Shown piece after piece: positions 54,001-63,090 of a stretch of DNA of 64,000 bases. How positions within the stretch are numbered: the first letter of the stretch is position 1; every line of letters begins with the position of its first letter. The notes beneath the pieces are model-generated. The model saw nothing but the letters and a program-made list of their open reading frames with translations, was not told the DNA's origin and did no database searches. Location: positions 124,001 to 188,000 of the forward strand of contig OZ025688.1 of NCBI GenBank assembly GCA_964019335.1. Direction: 5' to 3'. This stretch comes from Diplonema japonicum (taxonomy: Eukaryota; Protista; Euglenozoa: Diplonemea). The translations under genes were made by a program, and so were the position numbers.

Positions 54001-54063
54001 GGCCCTCCATGAGGGGGTTTGTCCAGTTTTTTTTTTTTTTTTTTTTTTTCCCTTGAAAGGAGG

Positions 54064-54135
54064 GTTGCTGCGGCATGTGCTGAGGCGTGTCCAGGACCTG
54101 TGCACCACGCTGATAGCATGGGGACGGCCTTCCCC
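54064..54135 (+). mobile_element. Older, diverged internal fragment of the non-LTR retroelement
   Basis: GCATGTGCTGAGGCGTGTCCAGGACCTGTGCACCACGCTGATAGCA...GGACGGCCTTCCC aligns to 59828-59887. Confidence 0.75.
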
Positions 54136-54202
54136 TGAGTATTAAGGGTTTACGGAGCAGATATCTGGCACAGCAGAGCGCCACCCGCCTCCTTTTATCT
54201 CA

Positions 54203-54234
<32 letters not shown>

Positions 54235-54396
54235 CTTTTTTTTTTGTTGTTGTTGTTGTTGTTGTTGTTAGTTGATCATTGAAGAAAAAAAGGGGGAATG
54301 TGGTTTTTTTTTTTGTGTTCTCTCCTACCCCTTCAGCCAAAGGATGGCATCCCCCCAAAAAAAAATCAATTCCCCCAACAGGAACAAACAAAAAAA

Positions 54397-54675
54397 ATGA
54401 CAATGAGGTTAGCAGTGTTCCAGGAGTTTTCGAAAAAGGAAGTTTTGGAAAAGGTACCGAAAGGGGTGACTGTAGAATTCCCAGAGAAGCCTTGGAGGTT
54501 TGAAGAGGATAAGCGGTCGGAGAAGGAGAAGCACTTGCTGGCGACGAATGCAAAATTAATTTTTGACCCCAAAGTGAACAGCTTGGAAGATGTCGAAGGA
54601 GTCATTAAGTCCTTGGAAGGTCTGGGCTTTGAGGTCGTAACAAGAGCACCGATGACCAGCACACGTATGTTTTGA
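54397..54675 (+). CDS. Small protein, weak HMA/ferredoxin-fold-like C-terminus without CxxC
   Basis: 92-aa ORF after CCCCCAACAG and an A-run; AKLIFDPKVNSLEDV...LEGLGFEV. Confidence 0.6.
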   Translation: MTMRLAVFQEFSKKEVLEKVPKGVTVEFPEKPWRFEEDKRSEKEKHLLATNAKLIFDPKVNSLEDVEGVIKSLEGLGFEVVTRAPMTSTRMF

Positions 54676-55079
54676 ATTTCTTTTCAAAAAAAAAAAAAAA
54701 AAAAAAAAAAAAACAACCTCCTCACCTATAGAGTTCAAAATGGAAGATCGTGTTATTCTCGAGATGAAATAAGAAAGGGAAAAAAAAAAGGAGGGGGAAA
54801 AAAAAAAGAAAAAAAAAAAAAGAGAGCCCACCTTCAACCGTTCCTACCCCCACAAGTTGACAATAAAAAAAGAGAAGATGGTGGGTACTTTTTTTTTTTT
54901 TTTAAATTACTCCAACCCTCATACGTGCCTTTACCTTAGGCGCACGGCATCTTCGTGAGCTGTGCCTTTTTTATTTATTTATTATACCCCCCCAGTTTAT
55001 TCTCTTTGAGTGTATTTATTGATTGGGCTGGTTGGGGAATTGCATTGAATGTTCAGGAGGAGGGGTGAGGAGGGGCGAC

Positions 55080-55127
55080 ATGGATACGAGTAAAAAACGC
55101 GACATTGAAAAGGATAATGTCTTTTTG

Positions 55128-55170
<43 letters not shown>

Positions 55171-55472
55171 CAAAGTACACCTCACCACAGGGTCTGCAAA
55201 AGCGGAAGAAGTGCGCCCTGTGCCTTCAAACATTTGATGTCGATGAGCTACCTGGCGCGATAAGCCACAATTCTATTAGGGAGCTAAGGGTATGACAGGA
55301 AAAAAAAAAAAAAAAAAAAAAAAGAGAAAGTGGGGTGTTGGTGTGGGAAAGAAACCATCACCTTCAAAATTGTACCAACGAGAGGTATGGAGAAGGGAAA
55401 ACGAGGGAAACAACCCCCCCCCCCCCCCCCCAGGAGCTTTGCGTTTTTTGCATGCAGTTCTTCGATGTCTAA
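55080..55472 (+). CDS. Four-exon 86-aa CxxC...CxxC protein missed by the ORF track; introns 55128..55175, 55290..55324, 55385..55433
   Basis: Three phase-0 GT-AG introns give MDTSKKRDIEKDNVFL|YTSPQGLQKRKKCALCLQTFDVDELPGAISHNSIRELR|RKWGVGVGKKPSPSKLYQRE|ELCVFCMQFFDV*. Confidence 0.78.
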
Positions 55473-55648
55473 AAAAAAGGGAGGAGGGGGGGGACCCTGT
55501 GAGAAAGGGGAGGTGATGGAAAACCATTTTTTTCTTTATGTTAATAAACCCAAGGGGAAACAGAATTTTTTTTTTCTTTTCTTCTTCCTCTTTGTGATTT
55601 TTTTTTTTTTTTTTTCCTGTGTGATTTTCTAATAAAGAAAAAAAAAAT

Positions 55649-57091
55649 ATGCAACTAAAAAAGGTTGGAGTCGTTGTGGGTGCGGTGCTGGTAATCTTGG
55701 GTCTACAGCCATTCTTGGCTTTGAAAACAAAACAGCAAAGAGAAACACAATCGGGGAGCGTAAAAACAGAACAGAGAAAACACCCGCATAAGCAACAGCA
55801 CCACCGCCACCACAAAAAGAACGAGGACCTACAAAAAAAAGATCCCGAACCCGAAGAGGAAAGCGGACAAAAGAAACAAGCGCACATCGTCGTAATTGGA
55901 AATGAAAAATACCTAGAAGGCGCCATGGTGATGGGCTGGTCGTTAAAAAAATATCAACGAAAAAACATAGACTTGATATGCCTCACCACAAAAGGACAGG
56001 TATCTCAAGAAAGCTTACACCGTTTGAGCAACTCAGGATGGGACCGCGTCCTCGAGGTGGACGGACTCTCCGAACGCGTTAAAAAATCCCGTTGGAAAGA
56101 TTCCTTTGTGAAACTGCAAATTTTCAACTTCACAAACTACGAAAAAGTGGCATATTGGGACTCCGACATGGCACTCAATTCCGACCCCAATTCTGTGTTT
56201 ACATTAAAACTCCCCAAGAACGAAGGTTATCCATGGGTCATCGCTATTGGAAACCCACCCAAAAAACATGGCGGAAAGACATATTTCCAGACCGGCATGA
56301 TGGTATTCCGACCGTCAAAAAATCTCAAAAAATCCGTCTGGGGTCTTTTCGAACAAGGGATCGCAACAAAAAAGTACAACAGCATCAACGCTCGAGACGG
56401 AATGGTTCTTCGGGATTTTTTCGGCACCAATTATTCAACGCTGCCTAAAAAATACTCGAGAAACATAGATCCAAGGTATTCCTTGGACGGGGTCGTGGGG
56501 ATTCACTACAGAGGCGGTTGGAAACCGTGGTTTAACAGAGGGAAACCCATGAAGAAACGATTAGATTCACCGTTGGACGATACCCGAAAAGATTTTGGCT
56601 ATGCGTACCTTCTTTGGTGGAAAATTTACGAAAGTCTTCACAGAAAACTCGTTGAAACCGAAGACGCAAGCTCATACCCTGAAGGCGCTCATCCGGCAAC
56701 ACATGTCTGGATGATGAGAGGCACCAGCGAGAGCTATGTCCAGTTGCTATCGGAGGAACGCGACCGCAGGCTCAACACAACCGAGAAAAACGTGGAGTTA
56801 AAACTCTCAGAAGAGGGACAGTCGTGCTCGCAGTTGTGCTCTGCAGGCTGCCACGCTCCTTCCCTTCTAACAACCCCTCCTAATTCCTGCGGGGTTATGA
56901 TGAAGCTGGCATCCTGTGAGTCATGCCTCCCTGGGATTTACACGAAAGCCCGAAATGGCAGTGTTTACCCGGGCCATCTCACAACTAACAAAAACACGTG
57001 TTACTACAATCTTCGTCTCGACGACAGAGGGATGCCGGCTTGCGAGGCGTCGGATCCTTCAATACGCAGGGTTTGCCCTTGCATCGTTTAG
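55649..57091 (+). CDS. Type II membrane glycosyltransferase family 8 with Cys-rich C-terminal domain
   Basis: Signal anchor; YLEGAMVMGWSL, FVKLQIFNFTNYEKVAYWDSD (DxD), FQTGMMVF, HYRGGWKPW; C-terminal GQSCSQLC...RRVCPC. Confidence 0.87.
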   Translation: MQLKKVGVVVGAVLVILGLQPFLALKTKQQRETQSGSVKTEQRKHPHKQQHHRHHKKNEDLQKKDPEPEEESGQKKQAHIVVIGNEKYLEGAMVMGWSLKKYQRKNIDLICLTTKGQVSQESLHRLSNSGWDRVLEVDGLSERVKKSRWKDSFVKLQIFNFTNYEKVAYWDSDMALNSDPNSVFTLKLPKNEGYPWVIAIGNPPKKHGGKTYFQTGMMVFRPSKNLKKSVWGLFEQGIATKKYNSINARDGMVLRDFFGTNYSTLPKKYSRNIDPRYSLDGVVGIHYRGGWKPWFNRGKPMKKRLDSPLDDTRKDFGYAYLLWWKIYESLHRKLVETEDASSYPEGAHPATHVWMMRGTSESYVQLLSEERDRRLNTTEKNVELKLSEEGQSCSQLCSAGCHAPSLLTTPPNSCGVMMKLASCESCLPGIYTKARNGSVYPGHLTTNKNTCYYNLRLDDRGMPACEASDPSIRRVCPCIV

Positions 57092-57181
57092 AATTAACAC
57101 AGTTTTTTTTTTTTTTTTTTTTTTTTCTCTCCCAGTTTTAACGCAAAAAAAAAAAAAAAAGAGGTGGACACAACAAAAAAA

Positions 57182-58846
57182 ATGAATGTTATGAAGAGTT
57201 TGGACGCCGTGGATGGGTCCACAAAGCTGCTCCTCGGCGGGCTTGCAGGATGGCTTTTTGGTGTGATCGGTTTTTACACCCTCATCGTGGTCCTTGCCGT
57301 CTATGCGGGGTGGCTTTTCGACATGACGAGAAAAGCTGCAGCGTTAAAACAGGCGAACACCGCAAAATGCGTGAAAACCGGATTCAAATGCGCGATCATC
57401 GGCTCCGGGATGTCGGGCCTCGCGTCCGCCCTGAAGCTCCAAACCATGGGCGTCCCATTCGCAATCTTCGAGAAGGGCACCGACTTCGGCGGGACATGGT
57501 ATGATAACAGATACCCAGGCTGCCAGTGCGATGTCCCCAGTTACCTGTATTCGATCTCGGCTTACCCTTGCCCGAAGGCAGGGTGGAAACGACACTACTC
57601 CTTCCAACCTGATATCTTAAAGTACATCCAAGAGCTTGTCGGATATTTCCAGTTAAAACCGTATATTAAAGTCGCGACAAAGGTAACATCAGTGAACTGG
57701 TTGCCCGACGAAGGGAAATGGGAGGTCACGTCCTCATGCGGCAGTGAGACAAAAACTGAGAAATACAATGTCGTGTTCAGCGGTGCCGGGCCTCTTCATG
57801 TTCCTGTCTATCCCAACGTGCCCGGCAAGGGCACGTTCAAAGGCTTGGAAATGCACACTGCGACATGGGACCCAACTACCGATCTGAAGGGGAAACGCGT
57901 TGCCATCGTAGGGTCCGCAGCATCTGCCATCCAAGCGATCCCATTTATCGCACAGGACGCGTCGCACTTAACAGTATTCCAGCGCACGCCGAACTGGGTA
58001 GTCCCGAAACCGGATTTCGACTACCCGCAGTGGTTTAAAACCGCTGTGTCAATGCTTCCCTTCTTGAAGTACATCATTCGATTTGCAATTTTTGTCAGAA
58101 ACGAAACAACCTTCGCGGTGGTGTTCTCGGGAGGCTGGCTGGCGGACAGGGTAAAGAGGCAAATGACAGCACACATTGAACACGCATGCCCAAAGTACAC
58201 GGGGAAGCTTATCCCGCCTTACGCAATGGGCTGCAAGAGAATTCTTATGTCGAATGAGTACTACCCAGCGCTGATGAGGGACAATGTTGACTTGATCACA
58301 TCGGCGGTTGAAGCGGTCACAGAGACGGGCCTTCAGGGTGGGGGGAAGAGTGTTGATGTTGATGTCATTATCTGGGCAACGGGTTTCGACATCAGGCTTC
58401 AGACCTTCCGTCCTTACGAATGCACCGCAGCAGAGGGAAACATCGAGGACGAGCTTCGAACCAAGCCCGAGTTGTACCTTGGTGCGATGGTCCCGAACTT
58501 TCCAAACTTTTTCTTTCTGTTGGGGCCCAACACCGGTCTTGGCCACAACAGTGTCATTATTATGACTGAAGCCCAGCTTACATTTATCGAACAAGTCCTT
58601 CAAAAGATTATTGACACCCAAAAACATATTTCGGTCAAGAAATCTCTGTGCCAGGTGTACAACGACGAGCTGCAGGCACGACTTAGTGATTCAGTTTGGG
58701 TCTCAGGGGGTTGCTTGTCTTGGTACAGGAATGAGGCCGGACGTGTGGACGCTCTGTGGCCTGGAAACTGCACCGAGTTCATTGGTGTCTGTAGGCAGAC
58801 TGTCAACTTCGCTCATTTCCTGTTTAATGGTGAAAGTGAGGTTTGA
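57182..58846 (+). CDS. Type I Baeyer-Villiger monooxygenase (flavin monooxygenase) with N-terminal membrane anchor
   Basis: GSGMSG Rossmann motif, GGTWYDNRYPGCQCD, FKGLEMHTATW (FxGxxxHxxxW), second Rossmann GSAASA, WATGF. Confidence 0.92.
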   Translation: MNVMKSLDAVDGSTKLLLGGLAGWLFGVIGFYTLIVVLAVYAGWLFDMTRKAAALKQANTAKCVKTGFKCAIIGSGMSGLASALKLQTMGVPFAIFEKGTDFGGTWYDNRYPGCQCDVPSYLYSISAYPCPKAGWKRHYSFQPDILKYIQELVGYFQLKPYIKVATKVTSVNWLPDEGKWEVTSSCGSETKTEKYNVVFSGAGPLHVPVYPNVPGKGTFKGLEMHTATWDPTTDLKGKRVAIVGSAASAIQAIPFIAQDASHLTVFQRTPNWVVPKPDFDYPQWFKTAVSMLPFLKYIIRFAIFVRNETTFAVVFSGGWLADRVKRQMTAHIEHACPKYTGKLIPPYAMGCKRILMSNEYYPALMRDNVDLITSAVEAVTETGLQGGGKSVDVDVIIWATGFDIRLQTFRPYECTAAEGNIEDELRTKPELYLGAMVPNFPNFFFLLGPNTGLGHNSVIIMTEAQLTFIEQVLQKIIDTQKHISVKKSLCQVYNDELQARLSDSVWVSGGCLSWYRNEAGRVDALWPGNCTEFIGVCRQTVNFAHFLFNGESEV

Positions 58847-59211
58847 AAGGGAAGAAAAAAAAAAAGCGGGGAGGCAAACTCAACCTTTTTATTTCTTCTT
58901 CTTCCCCCTTCTTCGTGAATATTGTATTTTTTTTTTTTTAAAAGAAAACCGTGTCTTCTTTGTCTATTTTTTTATTTTCCCGCTGTCCAGTATTCGTAAA
59001 CATAATTGACATCGTTTTTTTTTTTTTTTTTTTTTTTTTTTTTGAAGATACGAGGGGGTATACCTCCTCGTTTTTTCTCCCTCATCTTCTTTGTTGTTGT
59101 TTTGTTTTTTTCCCCCCCTTCTTTTTCTTCCTTCTTTTTACATTTTGAACGAACTCCTGAGAGAGAGGAAGCCCTGCCTTTTTTTTTTCCCCCCCAATTT
59201 TTTTTTTTGAG

Positions 59212-60148
59212 GCTGATTGCTGGGGCGGTGTTTGCGGTGTACCCTGCGGTGCGGGGAGTGGCGGAGGGGCCGGACAACCCGCTGCAGCACCTCTGTGACG
59301 TGTGTGGGGAGCGTTACGGCAGCTACACCGAGGTGCTGGAGCACGCCCTCTGGCGATGCGAGCTCGGAGATGCGGTGCGGGGCAAGGCAGAGTATGCGAG
59401 CCTCGACCCGGCGACCATGCCGAACGCGACGGCGCTCCACGGGATAGTGCCCAGGGGATGCCAAGACAAGCCGAGGGCCCTGTTGGTGCAAAGGTACCTG
59501 CTGGAGGTGGTCACGCTGAGGGATACGGCGGTGGAAGCGAACCGCGCATTGCAGACGCAGACATACCCATGGCGGGTGGTCGGGAAGGGCACACCCGACG
59601 CCGACGGTGGCCGAATTGCGTGGGCTGGGGAAGGTGATGGACAGGCTGCTGGGGCCGGTGCTGAGGTGGCTGAGTGGCTTGCTGTGGGATGACGCCCCTG
59701 GACGGCACACGACGGTTACGACGCTGGAGCTTGCCCTCGACTTCGAGCGGGAGACGGAGCTGCCGCTGGACGACGGCGGGGGAGTGGGCAAGGTGGAGGA
59801 CCTGGGCGTCAAGGCAAGAAGGCTGAGGTATGTGCTGAGACGTGTCCAGGACCTGTACCACGCTGATGGCAGAAGGACGGCCTTCCCAGCAGCGCGAGTG
59901 GATCGCGTCAACTCCTTGCGCTGTATAGGACCGACCACACACGGGTATGACAGGAGGCCAGTACTCCCGGAGCGAACCATGAGCAGCATCGAAGGCTTGC
60001 GTGACGCGTACCTGTCGCAGACCCCGACAAGGCTGCCCCGCAGTTTGACCACCGCAGTAGGAACCCGGCAGAGCCCCCAGAACGGGGACAACGGGGACTA
60101 AGAACAGCGCGGCCGGTGAGCGCAAAAACGCATACCTTAAAAGAATAG
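59212..60148 (+). mobile_element. 5'-truncated non-LTR (LINE-like) retrotransposon: C-terminal CCHC zinc knuckle and downstream domain, one frameshift
   Basis: GC-rich island; CDVCGE...LEHALWRC (zf-RVT-like), then WLSGLLW...VTTLELALDFE...NGD* (stop 60101). Flanked on both sides by T(n)GAG. Two other copies occur in the window. Confidence 0.82.
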
Positions 60149-60437
60149 TTTTTTTTTTTTTTTGAGAGGGGGAAAAAAAAAGAAGAAAATCTCAAGGTTT
60201 TCTTTTCTATTTCTAAAGAGAGAAAAAAGTTATGTTCTATTTCTATTCGCCATCAAACCAGTGGTTTTTAAAGAAAAAAAAAAAAACGAGAAAAAAAAAA
60301 AGAAGAAATTGTTCTTGCATGCATACCAAGCATGCTAAGGCACTAAAAAAAATAAAGAATGACAACGAAGAAGAACTCTGTTCTCTCTAGAAGAAGAAAA
60401 ATGGCATTGCTACCAATTTTTCATGTCTCTCATGTTC

Positions 60438-60475
<38 letters not shown>

Positions 60476-60670
60476 TTGGTGGGCCGTTGCTAACCACTAC
60501 GTTCCTATCATAGTGATTTTTTTTTCTTTTTCTGCTTCTTTTTTTCATCTTCACACTCTCGAATCAACAACGCAAAGAAACCCCCTTCCCCTTTTAGTTT
60601 TCCTTTTCTTCTCCTGGCGCAAGCGCTCAACTTTTCTATAAAGCACCAAAGGTCTCAGAAAAGGGGGGAA

Positions 60671-63025
60671 ATGGCCACCCTAACATCAAAGTTAGAGACC
60701 CTCATGGCAACATTGCACTCAGGCAATGTGGACCCGGATGTGGTGAAAAAGGTAAACACAGAGTTAATGCAAATAAGGAAGGATTGGCGCGCGTGTTACG
60801 GCGCCTTGCGTGAGGGATGTACAGAAAGTGTGATGCTGTACTGCCTGGGCGGAGTTGAAGAGGCAGTGAAGAAAAAAGAGGTTGAGAAGGCAGTTATCGG
60901 GTACCTTGTAGATGGAGCAGGGAATGAAAAGCTCCCAGGGTTCATCAGGAGGAAGATGATCGATGTATGTGGTGAGGTCGACGACACGGATATCCTGCAG
61001 TGCTTTGGACAACGGTTGCAGGCGGGCGACGAATACTCGGTGCGATACTTCAAAAACCTCTCCGACGAGAAAAAAAAAATCGTAGCAGGAAGCGTGGTCC
61101 CACTGTTGCTTCAGATCGGCACAGAGGAAGCGGTTTCAACAGCGGTGTCGTACCTCCCGATTTGCGGCGAAATCGCTGGTTTATTTTCACCACTTCTCAA
61201 AGTGTCCGGCCCGCATGGTATTGTTGTGTGTCATGCAGTTTTCGATTTGCAAACAATACCTCAAAACAGCCCGATTTTTACGCTTCTTCTGCAGTGTTTT
61301 GGATATCTTGTGGAAAACCCATACATTCCAGCCGTGCTTACCGCTTTTGAACGTTGCTTCACGCATCTTCTCGTTCAGGACAACATTGCCTTCTCGCTTC
61401 TCCAAATTGTGTACCAAGATTTCTGCGGTGAACAGGCTTACATCGAAGAGGCCAACGGGATCTTAAAAACCATCGTTTGCTTCCTTGAAGACGGGAAGCA
61501 AGATTCCGGATACCGAACCGGCTTTAAACTCGTCTTGACAAGCTTTTTACAAACGCTTCTTACCCCGGGACGGTCACCCGCGGTGTCCGCGCGGAAGGAC
61601 GAAGGCGGTTTTGACGGTGGATGGTACATGGGGCTTGGTGGACAGCTCACTTTAACAGCTTCAAATATCTGCGAAATATACCTTTCGGAAGGAGGCTTAG
61701 ACCTTTTGACTGAAGGTATGCGAATGGGCGAAGGCGACAAGGATTACGTTGAATTTTGTTACGAAATCGCCGCCTGCATAGGACAGGAACTTGGAAGCAG
61801 TACAGCAGACGCTGGTCTTAAAAGGAAATACATCGAACATGTTGTAGGGCACGTTATCACGCATGGACATGTAGGTGAGAAGGGATGCGGGGTACTGTGC
61901 AGTTTGATCCCTTGTCTCAAGACACTGTCAGTGGACGGGGGTGAGAGAGAGTTCCTCTCCGCCGTGTTGGGCAAAATCCTGGAATTCTCGCTCACAGGAA
62001 CCCTCACAGATGAGAAGGGAGAGTTGTTGCAAACCTATGTGAAAAAACGGGAATTCACAAAGTTCTTCGGGGTGCTGGCTCTTCGTGCAGCCCAGCTACC
62101 GCCCTCGTATCACATCCCTGCGGCGATCGTTCTCCTTGCAAACGAAAGCCTCGATGTTTTAACGCAACTGTTGAACACTTGCTCGTTGAACGTCGCTGCA
62201 CAAATAGTCGCAGAATGCACGCATTCGTACCCAGACACAGCGAACAAAAAGAAGTTGTTGAAATGCTTGGAGGGAAGGTTGTTGACTTCCTTGAACGACC
62301 CGCAGGAGGACCTGACGCAGAAGTGCGGGTTTTACAAATCCTGCTTCAGAGGGTTCGCCAAACTGATGGGGAGGGAAACAGAAGAGATCATTATCAAAAA
62401 GTTGATCGACACGACAACCTCGTCTGGTCATGGCTTTACTGACCTGTTCGATCTTCTTGAAGTCGTTATACGTCCTGTCATGTCCAAGCACGTGCAGGCA
62501 GTCGTCGGCTTTGTCTCACACATTGGAATCGACGAATGGGAAAATGAAGTCGAGCCGTACGAGAATTTGGTCCGGCTTGTGAGAACGTTGTTGGAGTCAC
62601 ATTACAAAGATGTCCCGAAGGAGCTGTTCGCGTGGGCTCTTCATCCCATCACTCGTAAGCCGACCCCGTCTCCCTCTTTGGTGTACGAAACGCTTTCTTG
62701 GCTTGCGTCCCTTCATAAGTCGCATCAGATCTACCCTCAGATTGCCTCTCCCCTCTCAATGGGCATCTTGAACCTCAAGCTCCGATCAAGCGTTCACAGC
62801 GAGCCTCTTACATCGACACTCCTCGACATCTCAAGCAGCACCGAGTACCCCTTGGCAGATATCGTTCAGTCCTGGGTTGATGCAACCGTGCCTTCCCATG
62901 TTAGATCTCACGAGCTTGCCAGTGCCGTCCAACATATCCACAAGGACCCGACCATGGTGGGCAGAGTCGACGCCACATTGCGTGATGTTCTTACAGAGGT
63001 GGGGAAATGTCTCGAGACGCACTAA
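60671..63025 (+). CDS. Large alpha-solenoid (ARM/HEAT; possibly karyopherin-like) protein
   Basis: 784-aa Leu-rich helical ORF; the N-terminus loosely resembles the importin-beta N-domain. The family call is weak. Confidence 0.8.
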   Translation: MATLTSKLETLMATLHSGNVDPDVVKKVNTELMQIRKDWRACYGALREGCTESVMLYCLGGVEEAVKKKEVEKAVIGYLVDGAGNEKLPGFIRRKMIDVCGEVDDTDILQCFGQRLQAGDEYSVRYFKNLSDEKKKIVAGSVVPLLLQIGTEEAVSTAVSYLPICGEIAGLFSPLLKVSGPHGIVVCHAVFDLQTIPQNSPIFTLLLQCFGYLVENPYIPAVLTAFERCFTHLLVQDNIAFSLLQIVYQDFCGEQAYIEEANGILKTIVCFLEDGKQDSGYRTGFKLVLTSFLQTLLTPGRSPAVSARKDEGGFDGGWYMGLGGQLTLTASNICEIYLSEGGLDLLTEGMRMGEGDKDYVEFCYEIAACIGQELGSSTADAGLKRKYIEHVVGHVITHGHVGEKGCGVLCSLIPCLKTLSVDGGEREFLSAVLGKILEFSLTGTLTDEKGELLQTYVKKREFTKFFGVLALRAAQLPPSYHIPAAIVLLANESLDVLTQLLNTCSLNVAAQIVAECTHSYPDTANKKKLLKCLEGRLLTSLNDPQEDLTQKCGFYKSCFRGFAKLMGRETEEIIIKKLIDTTTSSGHGFTDLFDLLEVVIRPVMSKHVQAVVGFVSHIGIDEWENEVEPYENLVRLVRTLLESHYKDVPKELFAWALHPITRKPTPSPSLVYETLSWLASLHKSHQIYPQIASPLSMGILNLKLRSSVHSEPLTSTLLDISSSTEYPLADIVQSWVDATVPSHVRSHELASAVQHIHKDPTMVGRVDATLRDVLTEVGKCLETH

Positions 63026-63090
63026 AAAATATGTTTATTTTTCTTCTTTTTCCCATTAACTTTGTGAAGGGGGGTATATACACGAAAAAA

